A DNA stretch of 64,000 nucleotides, taken from the NCBI GenBank assembly GCA_963758525.1, contig CAVWVQ010000003.1, positions 2,240,001-2,304,000 on the forward strand. Reading direction: 5' to 3'. How positions within the stretch are numbered: position 1 is the stretch's first letter; every line of letters begins with the position of its first letter. A program made the position numbers and the translations under genes. The notes beneath the pieces are model-generated. The model was not told the origin of the DNA. It searched no databases and was given only the letters and a program-made list of their open reading frames with translations. Below, in pieces: positions 33,685-43,126 of the stretch. The stretch is from an uncultured Phycisphaerales bacterium. GTDB taxonomy: Bacteria; Planctomycetota; Phycisphaerae; Tepidisphaerales; Tepidisphaeraceae.

Positions 33685-33713
33685 TTGACATTGCCAGCAC
33701 GAGCAAGCATAAT
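33685..33713 (+). promoter_or_regulatory. sigma70 promoter of the transposase (probably leaderless)
   Basis: TTGACA-17 bp-CATAAT, 7 bp before ATG 33721; no SD. Confidence 0.7.
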
Positions 33714-33720
33714 GTGCATT

Positions 33721-34542
33721 ATGAACAAGCTTGGAACTGACAAGCGGGCGATGATCGTACGGTGCCTGATTGATGGCGTCGGCATCAACGCCACCACTCG
33801 ATTGACCGGCGCTGCCAAGCACACCGTACTGAAGCTGCTCCGCGAGGTCGGTGAAGCCTGCGCCATCTTCCACGATAAGAACGTCCGCAACGTCAAGGCG
33901 AAGCGCGTACAGTGCGATGAAATCTGGTCTTTCGTCGGCATGAAGCAAAAGAACGTACCCGCCGAAAAGCAGGGTCAATTCGGATTCGGCGACGTTTGGA
34001 CGTGGACCGCGATTGAAGCACAATCCAAGCTCATCATCAGCTACATGATCGGGCTTCGCGATGGCGGGTACGCAGCCGAATTCATGGGCGACGTTGCTAG
34101 TCGCATCTCAAACAAGGTGCAGCTTACGACCGATGGCCTCAAGGCGTATCTCGATGCCGTTGAAGATGCTTTCGGTGGCGACGTGGACTATGCCCAGCTC
34201 ATCAAAATCTACGGCCCCACCGCTCCCGGCGCGGCTCGTTACAGTCCGCCAGCTTGCATCGGCTGCGAAGCCCATCAAGTCGCCGGGGAACCGGATCGGA
34301 AGCACGTCAGCACGTCCTACGTTGAGCGCCAGAACCTTTCAATGCGGATGGGCATGCGTCGGTTCACCCGCCTGACCAACGCTCACAGCAAAAAGGTAGA
34401 GAATCACGCGCACGCGATCGCGATGTACTTCATGCACTACAACTACTGCAAGGTGCATACGACTCTGCGGGTAACGCCGGCGATGGAAGCGGGCCTAACC
34501 GATCACGTTTGGGAAATCGAAGAACTACTAGCGCTAGCTTGA
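33721..34542 (+). CDS. IS1-family DDE transposase (single ORF)
   Basis: N-terminal HTH (GVGINATTRLTG); QCDEIWSFV, TTDG...Y, STSYVERQNLSMR...RFTR, TPAMEAG. Confidence 0.9.
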   Translation: MNKLGTDKRAMIVRCLIDGVGINATTRLTGAAKHTVLKLLREVGEACAIFHDKNVRNVKAKRVQCDEIWSFVGMKQKNVPAEKQGQFGFGDVWTWTAIEAQSKLIISYMIGLRDGGYAAEFMGDVASRISNKVQLTTDGLKAYLDAVEDAFGGDVDYAQLIKIYGPTAPGAARYSPPACIGCEAHQVAGEPDRKHVSTSYVERQNLSMRMGMRRFTRLTNAHSKKVENHAHAIAMYFMHYNYCKVHTTLRVTPAMEAGLTDHVWEIEELLALA

Positions 34543-34575
34543 CCGCTGCGTTGCCGGGCCTGTAATCTCGATCCT

Positions 34576-35232
34576 GTGAAGGGTAAACCATCCGCAACCA
34601 GTAAGTCACTCAATCGCAGCCTGCATGCGGCAAAGGCGACGAGGCAAGACGAGTTTTACACTCAGCTCTCGGACATCGAGAAAGAACTGAGGCATTACGC
34701 CAGGCACTTCAAGGGTAAGACTGTTCTGTGTAACTGCGACGATCCGCGCGTCAGCAATTTCTTCAAGTATTTCATTAACAACTTCGAGAAGCTGGGGCTG
34801 AAGAAGGTTATGGTGCCAGATCACTACGAGATGCGCAATGTCAGAAGTTGGCGAGATGAAAATGGGAAAAACTGGCGCAGCTTGGGCAACGCTCGCTGGT
34901 TCACAAACCTTGACATTTCGAAACGCCACGAGCCCCTAATTCTGTTCAAGACCTATGATCCGGATCAATATCCCAAGTACGACAACTTGGAGGCGATAGA
35001 GGTCGCTCGAAACACAGAGATACCCATCGACTATGACGGCTTGATGGGTGTTCCCGACACATTCCTAGACAGGCACAACCCCGACCAATTTGAACTCATT
35101 GGCATACCGTTCGGTAATCTAGGCAAAGGAATGGGTGTAACGAAGAACCACCGTGGCCGGACCGACATTGCGATAACCAAGGGCGGCAAGTCACGTTGTC
35201 CGTATTCAAGAATCATCATCAAGCGAAAATGA
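34576..35232 (+). pseudogene. EcoRI-family adenine methyltransferase with an in-frame internal deletion
   Basis: LHAAK...DEFYT, VLCNCDDP..SNF, WFTNLD, YPKYDN and IP.DY.G.MGVP present; central NPPF segment absent. Confidence 0.75.
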
Positions 35233-36311
35233 AAATCCAACTCAAAGAAATCACGGTCGAGCAACTGGTCAAGGACTACGCTGACAACGCGGAAGCAGGC
35301 GTTGTCGGTTACGGCGGGAAGCTCGACATTCGCCCGCCGTACCAGCGCGAGTTCATTTACAAGGACAAGCAGCGGGATGCGGTGATCGATACCGTTCGCA
35401 AGGACTTTCCGCTTAACGTGATGTATTGGGCCGTGCGGGATGATGGCGGCTTCGAAGTGATCGACGGACAGCAGCGGACGATTTCGGTTTGCCAGTACGT
35501 CAACGGCGATTTCTCCATCGACGATATCTACTTCCACAATCTCCAGGACGATCAGCAGGAGCAGATTCTCAAGTACCAATGCATGGTCTATTTCTGCGCC
35601 GGCACCGACAGCGAGAAGCTGGATTGGTTCCAGACGATCAACATCGCGGGAATGAAGTTGACTGATCAGGAGCTGCGCAACGCGGTCTTTCACGGGCCGT
35701 GGACCGCCGATGCCAAGCGGTATTTCAGCAAGACGGGCTGCCCTGCGTACGGAATCGCCAGCGATTACGTTGACGGCAGCCCGATCCGGCAGGATTACCT
35801 AGAGACGGCGATTGACTGGCTTTCAGAAGGCCAGATCAAAGAATACATGTCCAAGCATCAGCACGATAAGGACGCCAAGCCGCTTTGGAATTACTTTCAG
35901 AAGGTCATAGAGTGGGTTAAGACCACGTTTCCAGACTATCGCAGAGAGATGAAACACGTCCGCTGGGGGGCGCTGTACAGCGGATTCGGGGACAAGAAGC
36001 CGGACGCGAAGAAATTGGCAAAAGAAGTCGCGAGGCTGATGGAAGACGACGAGGTGGGGAAGAAGTCTGGCATTTACCCCTATCTACTGACGAAAGACGA
36101 GCGATATTTGAATCTGCGGGCGTTCTCGGACAAGGAGAAACGCGAGGCGTACGAGCGACAGAATGGCAAATGCGTCAAGTGCGGCAAGAAGTTTGACATC
36201 AGCGAGATGGAAGCCGATCACGTCAAGCCTTGGCACGAGGGAGGCAAGACAAATGCCGCGAACTGCCAAATGCTCTGCAAAGACGACAATCGCCGGAAAT
36301 CAGGAAAATAA
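35229..36311 (+). CDS. DUF262 (GmrS-like) + HNH endonuclease
   Basis: RPPYQREF, IDGQQR; C-terminal C..C...EADH..PW..GG.T...NCQMLC...N; ATGA overlap with the methylase. Confidence 0.88.
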   Translation: MKIQLKEITVEQLVKDYADNAEAGVVGYGGKLDIRPPYQREFIYKDKQRDAVIDTVRKDFPLNVMYWAVRDDGGFEVIDGQQRTISVCQYVNGDFSIDDIYFHNLQDDQQEQILKYQCMVYFCAGTDSEKLDWFQTINIAGMKLTDQELRNAVFHGPWTADAKRYFSKTGCPAYGIASDYVDGSPIRQDYLETAIDWLSEGQIKEYMSKHQHDKDAKPLWNYFQKVIEWVKTTFPDYRREMKHVRWGALYSGFGDKKPDAKKLAKEVARLMEDDEVGKKSGIYPYLLTKDERYLNLRAFSDKEKREAYERQNGKCVKCGKKFDISEMEADHVKPWHEGGKTNAANCQMLCKDDNRRKSGK

Positions 36312-36359
36312 TTCAAACTGCACCAGTACCGGGTGCCGAATTGCTTTGGAGAGGAAAAA

Positions 36360-39300
36360 ATGCAGAAGAAGATCGAACTTGGTGTGAAGAGGGAAATGTC
36401 TGCGCGGGCCAAGCGGAGTTTGGCGAATGGGCGGAGCTCCAATCAGCGGATCGCCGCGGCGGTGATGAGCATTGGGTTGAGTGGCGCGATGGCCAACGCG
36501 GCAACGGATACGTGGGCCTCAGCAGCTGGCACCTCTTGGGTGAACGGGCCTTGGTCCAGCGGCGCTCAGCCGGCGGTGGGGGATATCGCCCAGTTTGGTG
36601 CGACCGGGACCGCGACTACCATCGGCATCTCCTTCAGTAGCGCCAACAACGGCAGCGGTGCCGAATCGTTGGGAGCCATCGACGTAACCTCCGCGCGAGG
36701 CAATGCGCTAACCGTCAACGATTCCAGCAGTACGGTTTCCGGAACATTGACGTTTACCGGTGCCACCGTCCTTAATGCGCTTGGATCGGGCGTTGCTGAT
36801 GTCATCGTCCACACGAACACGTCAAAAAATCTCACTCTCGCGCCGGGGAGCGGTGGGATCATGTCCATCGCGCTGGCAGACTCGACAAACAACATTATTT
36901 TGGTCGAGAACAGTGGCAACGTTACGATCAGCAGCAATATTGGCCAGGCCAGCGCCGGGAAGGTCTTGACTATCGAGGGCGGCGGCTCCGGCACGGTAAC
37001 GCTCTCGGGAACCGACTCGTTTTCGGGCGGCCTGGTGGCGGCGGGCGGTGAAGTCGATGTGAGCGCGGACGCCAACCTTGGGGCTGCCGGCGGCAGCATT
37101 ACGATCAATGGCGGGCGCCTGGGCATAGCCACGAACAGCTTCACCATTGATCCCACCCGCGCCATTCTGCTCGGAGCCAACCCGACCGGCAGTAACACTT
37201 CGGGAAACCTGAGCATCAAGGGTTCCATCACCACCGTCTACAATAGCGCGCTCCAAAACCTCAATGGCAGCACCACCGGCGACTTCGTCAAGCAGGGCGG
37301 CGGCACGCTTCAGCTCGGCGGGTCAAGCACATACAGCGGAACTACATTCATCAATAATGGGGTCGTGCAGCTGACGACCGCACCGAATCGACTGCCGACG
37401 GGTACCGTGGTCAACATCGGTCAATCTGCCAGTACCAATACCGGCACCCTCGATCTCAACGGGAACAACCAGACCGTCGCGGGCCTGGCCTCCACGACCG
37501 GATCGGGCACGTTCACCACGGTGAACACAGTGACGTCGACCAATACCGCAACGTTGACCATTAACACCAGCGGCAGCAACAGTTACACCTACGGCTCGAG
37601 CTCGGCCACCAATTCGGGAATCATCGCTGGGGCCGGACTTTCGCTGCTGAAGACCGGCAGCGGGACTGAAACTCTCGGCGGAAGCAGTACCTACGGCGGC
37701 AGCACCGTAGTCAGCGCCGGCACGCTTGCCTTGAACTCGGCGGGATCCATCAACGGCACCAGCGGAATCACCGTCAACGGCACCGGAGCGACATTTTTGC
37801 AGACCAGTTCCGCGGCGCTCACAAAGACCGTGACCCTCACGAAGGGGACCGTCGATGGCACGGGGCTCATCAGCGCGGTGACCGTCGGTGATGGTACAGG
37901 AGGCGTTGTTTCGGCTGGAAACGGGGCCGCCGGAACCCTCAGCATCACCACCCTCACTTTCAACGGCGCGGGAAACATCACCCTGGCGAACAATGAAATC
38001 GTCAGTGCCGGCACATTGCAGGTAGGCGCGGTCAATCCCTCTGGCATCGTCTCTCTCAACGCGTCGGGCGCCAGTTGGACCAATGGGACCTTCTACGATC
38101 TGCTGAATTTCGGCAATACGCTCACCACGGCACAGCTTGCGGATATCGCCAAGGGGACGATCACCGGCACCAACACGCGGCAGAATGCGACGCTGACCAC
38201 GCCCGCCAATGGCGCTCCGGCGGGTGAAATCGGCTACACGATCTCGGGCGACAGCCCGGCCTGGACCGGCGCGGATAACGGAAACTGGACGACCGCCTCG
38301 ACGGGTCCAAACCATAACTGGAAGCTAATCGGTGGCGGCACTGCCACCGATTACATCAGCGGGGACGACGTACTATTTGACGACACGCACCTCGCGCCCG
38401 GCGGCGCAACGACCGTCAACATCTCCGACGCCAGCGTAACCCCCAACAGCGTCACCTTTAACAATTCGAGCAACAGCTACACCGTCACCAGCGCCGGCGG
38501 ATACGGAATCAACGGTGGCGCGTCGCTGCTGAAGACAGGGTCGGGGCTGCTTGCGCTCAATACCTCCAACTCCTATAGTGGCGGCACGGTCATCAGCGGG
38601 GGAACCGTGCGACTGGGTGCCGATGGCGCGTTGCCATCGGCCGGTAGCGTGACGCTGGCCAATGTTGCAGGATTGCTTCTGGACGTGAACGGCCATGTCG
38701 AGACGGCGACCGAACTCTCGGGCGGCGGAACTACCGGCGGCAATGTGGCGCTCGGCGGCGGAACGCTCACGGTCGGAGACTCCCACAACTTCACCTATAG
38801 CGGCATCATTTCGGATGCCGGCGGAAATGCCAGCGGAACCACCGGAAGCCTGATCAAGGCAGGCAGTGGAACGATGACGCTGACAAGCGTTGAAACGTAT
38901 GGCGGCAGCACCACGATCAGTGCCGGCACCATCGCGCTGGACGCTGTGTACAACGAAACAGCGACAATCCCCAATACGCCGCTCACCGTGGCCTCGGGCG
39001 CACTTTTTCAGTTAAACGGGCAACAACAGGCGATTCAGCGACTTTCCGGCGCAGGTACCGTCAGCATGAATAAGGTGATCGACGGTGCCAGCAACTCGTA
39101 TGTTGCAGCACTCACCGTCGGAGACGCCACCAACACCACTTTTTCAGGGACCCTGTCCGGCAGCGGAAACCTGATCAAACGAGGGTCCGGCTCTCTTTCT
39201 CTGACGGGCGGAACCGTTTCTTATACGGGAACCACAACGCTTAGCGCTGGAACCCTTACGCTCGCCCCTGTCGCCACCGGCGCCATCTCCCTGTCAGCCC

Positions 39301-40711
39301 CCAGCGGCGGAAACGCTCTCAACGGAACCCTGGTTCTCGGAAGCGCCGTCGAATATGACTTCAACGATAACAGCGGCACCGGCGCCAATCCCTTTAGCGG
39401 AACGGGATCGATCCAGGTGACCAAGAGCGCGGCGATCATCACGAACACCGGTTCAACCCCCGGAGCAAGCATCCAGGTTCCGATCTCCCTAAACCCCACC
39501 GGAGCCGCAACGTTTCATGCCGGCGATGTTACGCAATCATCATTTTCTCCTTCGGCCCAATTCGTCACGAATATCAACGGCACCACCAGCGGCAAGGGAA
39601 TCGTCATCGACGTCAACTCGGGCATCAGCGGATATTCCGACGTCGATATTTCGAACAGCCTGACCGGCGGCGGGGCTGGCGCACTCGCGCTCAATGCCGC
39701 AAGCACTTATACGGGCACGACAGAGATCAACAGCAACGGATCGATTGTGCTGGGTCTGAGCAACGCCCTGCCCGTAACGACCGACGTTGTCGTCAACAAT
39801 CTCGGCAAGACGAACTCGAAACTCGACCTTCACAGTTTCAATCAACAGTTCGATTCTCTCTCCGATGGCAACCCGAGCAATAACACGGCCAGCAACCATC
39901 TCACGATCTTGAATTCAGCCCCCGGTACGACCTCCACTCTTACCATCAGCGGCTCCACGACTCCGTTTAATGGCTTCAGCCATTACATCACTGATGGAGC
40001 CGGCACGGTTGCAGTTGTCAAGGATGGTTCCAGCGCCTGGACGATTACGGGATCGAGCAACACCTACAGCGGTGGAACGCAAATCAAGGGCGGAACCCTG
40101 TTTGTAAACAACACCGGAAGCAGCAGCGGGACGGGCGCAGGGCCGGTAACTGTCATCGGCGGCACACTCAGCGGAAGCGGAACGATCGCCGGAGCGGTCG
40201 AGGTCAAATCAAGCGCCACGATCGCCTCTGGCGGAACCGCCACCGGAACCGGCTCACTGGCTGCTACCGGAGGCGTCACATTTGACGCCGGCGGCACCTA
40301 CACCCCCAATCTCACCAGCACGACCGGCAGTAACCCTGCCGCCTCCGAACTGAAGATTACGGGCGGCTGGACCATCAACGGACCGTTTACGATCAAGCCC
40401 AGTGACAACGGGACCGCCATGACCGTGACGCTCGGCGAGCAATGGGCGATCGCGAAGGCCGATTCAGTCAACAGCACCGACACATCGCAGTTCACGCTGG
40501 ACACCAGCAATTTGGCTGTGACCGGCGGCAGCCCCGGCGGCAGTTTCTCGCTCCAATTCCTGCCCGACGCCTCCTCCGGCGAGGATTTGGATGTCGTCTA
40601 CTCCGCGGCTCCCGAACCCGGCACGGCAATGCTGGTTCTGCTCGGCGCCGCCCGATTCTGGCGGCACGCCGTCGCCGCCGCTCCGCTGCGGCTGAAGCGG
40701 CCGCGAATTAG
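36360..40711 (+). CDS. Large secreted autotransporter-associated beta-strand repeat protein with PEP-CTERM; frameshift at about 40650
   Basis: RBS GAGG; KTGSG...TYGG repeats; APEPGTAMLVLLG, then PILAARRRRR in another frame ending at 40711. Confidence 0.85.
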
Positions 40712-40807
40712 CAGCGGGCCGGGGATCATCTTCACGTCATCCGTTCGGCATGCGACTTGGGAAGCGGGAAGGTTGAAGGGTGAAAAAAGGGGAGAGCCGC
40801 GAGAGTT

Positions 40808-40873
40808 GAAGAGCCCGTGGCGGGTTTGCAAGGGGTCAATGCCGAATGGGTTCAGCGGCGCGCCGGAGCCTGA
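40808..40873. repeat. 66-bp dispersed repeat, copy 1
   Basis: 60/66 identical to 55829-55894. Confidence 0.85.
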
Positions 40874-41192
40874 CGATCAAATGCTGGCGGCGGACGTTCG
40901 GCTCGCTGCGTGTCACCCCGTGAAAGCCAACGGATTGGGATGGAACTCAACTTGCGATCGATTGCTGTGTCGATGCAGTTGAACTCGATCTGGTCTCGAC
41001 GCGCGATGGCCGGCTGATCGCCCGGCATGATCTTGAACTGTCAATGAGCACTAACGTGGCTGGTGCCGCGCTTCGCGTCGCGCGGCACCGAGCGAAGCGT
41101 TGAAGGGCGCATGACCGTCGGATGGTGCGCCGAGGATTTCACGCTGGCCGGAGGAATAAACTGCTCTCCGCGACTTTTATTGGTATAATTCG

Positions 41193-41654
41193 TTGTTGAT
41201 GACCGCCGTTTCTCTCTTGGATTTGCTCCGTCGCTCTGAACCCGTCGGGGGTGCCGCTCATGGCGAGCTTAGCGACTCTGCTGGGCGCCTCGCGGCGCAG
41301 TTGGTGGAAGCCTCGCTGGGTGACTGGTGCCGCATCAGGCAATACGAGAAGGATTTCACGCCGGTCGATTGGACAGACCGGGCGACTGCCCTGGAGATTG
41401 ATCGATCGATTTACGCGCTGCACGCGGATTGGGCTGCCGAAGCCGACCAGATATTGCAGCGTGTGCGGCGTCTGGCGGAGTCCGGTCACCCGGTGCCCAA
41501 GACCGACGAGTTGCAGGACGCGCTCGGCCTGACACGGGCGCGGCTGGAGCTCACGCCTGAAACGATCGCCGGCGCGATGGATCGGATGCACCCAGGCCAA
41601 ATCATTCCCGCGAAGGATCTGCGTAATGAGCTGGGGCTCTGCCTGAGAACGTAG
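41193..41654 (+). CDS. Hypothetical protein, probable antitoxin; C-terminus altered by the MITE
   Basis: Ends GQIIPAKDLRNEL; overlaps the ATG of a downstream toxin-like gene. Confidence 0.55.
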   Translation: MLMTAVSLLDLLRRSEPVGGAAHGELSDSAGRLAAQLVEASLGDWCRIRQYEKDFTPVDWTDRATALEIDRSIYALHADWAAEADQILQRVRRLAESGHPVPKTDELQDALGLTRARLELTPETIAGAMDRMHPGQIIPAKDLRNELGLCLRT

Positions 41655-42162
41655 CGGGGTCGCGTTGCTGCGCAAAGGGGCCAGGTGCTAGAAGCCGCGA
41701 CGAAGCGACTCAACGAAACGAGTCGTTAAGGAGCGGCGCCAACGCACATGGCCCCTTTGCGGAGCAACCCGAAGGGACTAGGGACTTTCGGCCCCGGTCC
41801 GGCGTCGCATCTCCTCGGTGACTCTTCTTCCTGAGTCTCCCTCGTCGAAGCTCCTTGCCCCGGGGCCGAAATTCCCGTCGTCGCGGCCCCGTTACGTTTT
41901 CAGGCAGAGCCTGGCTCGGCTTCGCGCCTGACGCGAGATCGCAGTGGCAGGAACTGTCCGTCCAACTGCAGGAACGCGTTCTTGACGAGTTGGACGCCCT
42001 CGCCGAAGTCCCGCCTCGTGCGCCGCGCGGAGTTGCGCTTCACGATTTTGTTTACCCCGCCGAAGGGCGCGGCATTACATCTTTCTCCGGCTGCTTGTCG
42101 ATCTCGCCGGCGGACAACTGACGGTCATTGGAATCTTCCATCACGAATCCCGGCCAGCGTAA
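41626..42162 (+). pseudogene. RelE/ParE-like toxin interrupted by a MITE
   Basis: Removing the MITE and one TSD copy gives MSWLGFAPDARSQWQELSVQLQERVLDELDALAE; C-terminus LTVIGIFH after a frameshift at about 42066. Confidence 0.55.
41635..41911. mobile_element. 277-bp non-autonomous element (MITE)
   Basis: 30-bp TIRs starting GGCTCTGCCTGA (27/30), 3-bp TSD TGG, internal nested inverted repeats. Confidence 0.85.
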
Positions 42163-42221
42163 CGGGACGTTTGAACCTGTGGGTGTAACTTTTATTTGTG
42201 GCGATTGCAGATTTTGCGATC

Positions 42222-42289
42222 GTAGGGCGGGATTCATCCCGCCGTTTTCTCAGCCGGCCAACAAATCGGCGGGATGAATCCCGCCCTAC
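42222..42289. repeat. REP-like doublet starting GTAG
   Basis: gtagggcgggattcatcccgccg ... cggcgggatgaatcccgccctac. Confidence 0.85.
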
Positions 42290-42420
42290 TCGGAGCCGAT
42301 CGCCACTTTCGAGCGCCACACCCTCTTCTTCCGCAAGGCTTCATCGATTCTTGACATGACCTGATATGCTGCCGGAGCGTCTGGGGATCTTTCACGGACG
42401 ATTCTCAGCGAGGAGCTGGC

Positions 42421-43029
42421 GTGCCATTTGAAATGCGTCTCATCATCGCGGCCCTGTGCATTTCACTCTCACTTCACGGACGCGCTCGCGCTGAAGCAAA
42501 TAGCGATCGCATCGTCGTCATGATCAGTGTCGATGGCCTGGCGGCCTTCTACCACGAGGATCCCAAGGCACAGATGCCGAACATCCGCGCTCTCGCGGAT
42601 CAGGGCGCCAGCGCCAGCTCGATGAAAGCGTCCACGCCGACCGTGACTTGGCCGAACCACACGACGCTGGTCACCGGCGATAACCCGGCGCGCCACGGCG
42701 TGGTGGGAAATCATTACTTCGATCGCGCCGCTGGGAAGAACGTGGCGCTGATTTCTGATCCCGTTTTCGACAAGGATCAGATCGTCAAGGTTCCGACGAT
42801 TTACGACCTGGCCAAAGGCGCCGGCTTGCGGACGGCCGCAATCCGCTGGCCGGCGACGCGCAATGCCAGGACGCTCGACTGGACTCTGCCCGACGTCGCT
42901 CCCACCGTCGCGGCGCTTCTGGGAATTGCCATGCCCAACACCGACGGCAAGCCGCTGTCAGGCGTCCTCGATCTTCCGAAAACTTCCGCCGCCTCGAAGA
43001 CGGAACCGAGGACCGTCGCGGCTCCGTGA
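42421..43029 (+). pseudogene. Alkaline phosphatase superfamily (NPP/phosphodiesterase) protein with a large internal deletion
   Basis: ISVDGL and PTVTWPNHTTLVTG..P..HG..GN, then an abrupt jump from WTLPD to the C-terminal DVAPTVAALLG. Confidence 0.75.
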
Positions 43030-43126
43030 AACTGACGCGGTTTTGATCATCGCGGCGAAGGAATCCGCCGATCGGAAGCTGCGGCGTTGCCCGGTTCCCG
43101 GCGGCCTCGAATCACCGGGAGGACCA

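Larger units (their letters stand above)
32365..36330. mobile_element. IS1-family cargo-carrying transposon, 3,966 bp
   Basis: Perfect 19-bp TIR GGTACTGGTGCAGTTTGAA (32365-32383 / 36312-36330); 8-bp TSD GGGTGCCG (32357-32364 / 36331-36338); internal transposase. Confidence 0.93.

Noticed and set aside
24221..40711. Classical type V autotransporters
   Set aside because: Passenger-type repeats are present, but the C-termini are PEP-CTERM anchors and no beta-barrel is visible
40712..40982. C-terminal extension of the 1549-aa ORF beyond the PEP-CTERM motif
   Set aside because: Artefact of a frameshift at about 40650; the Arg-rich tail lies in another frame ending at 40711
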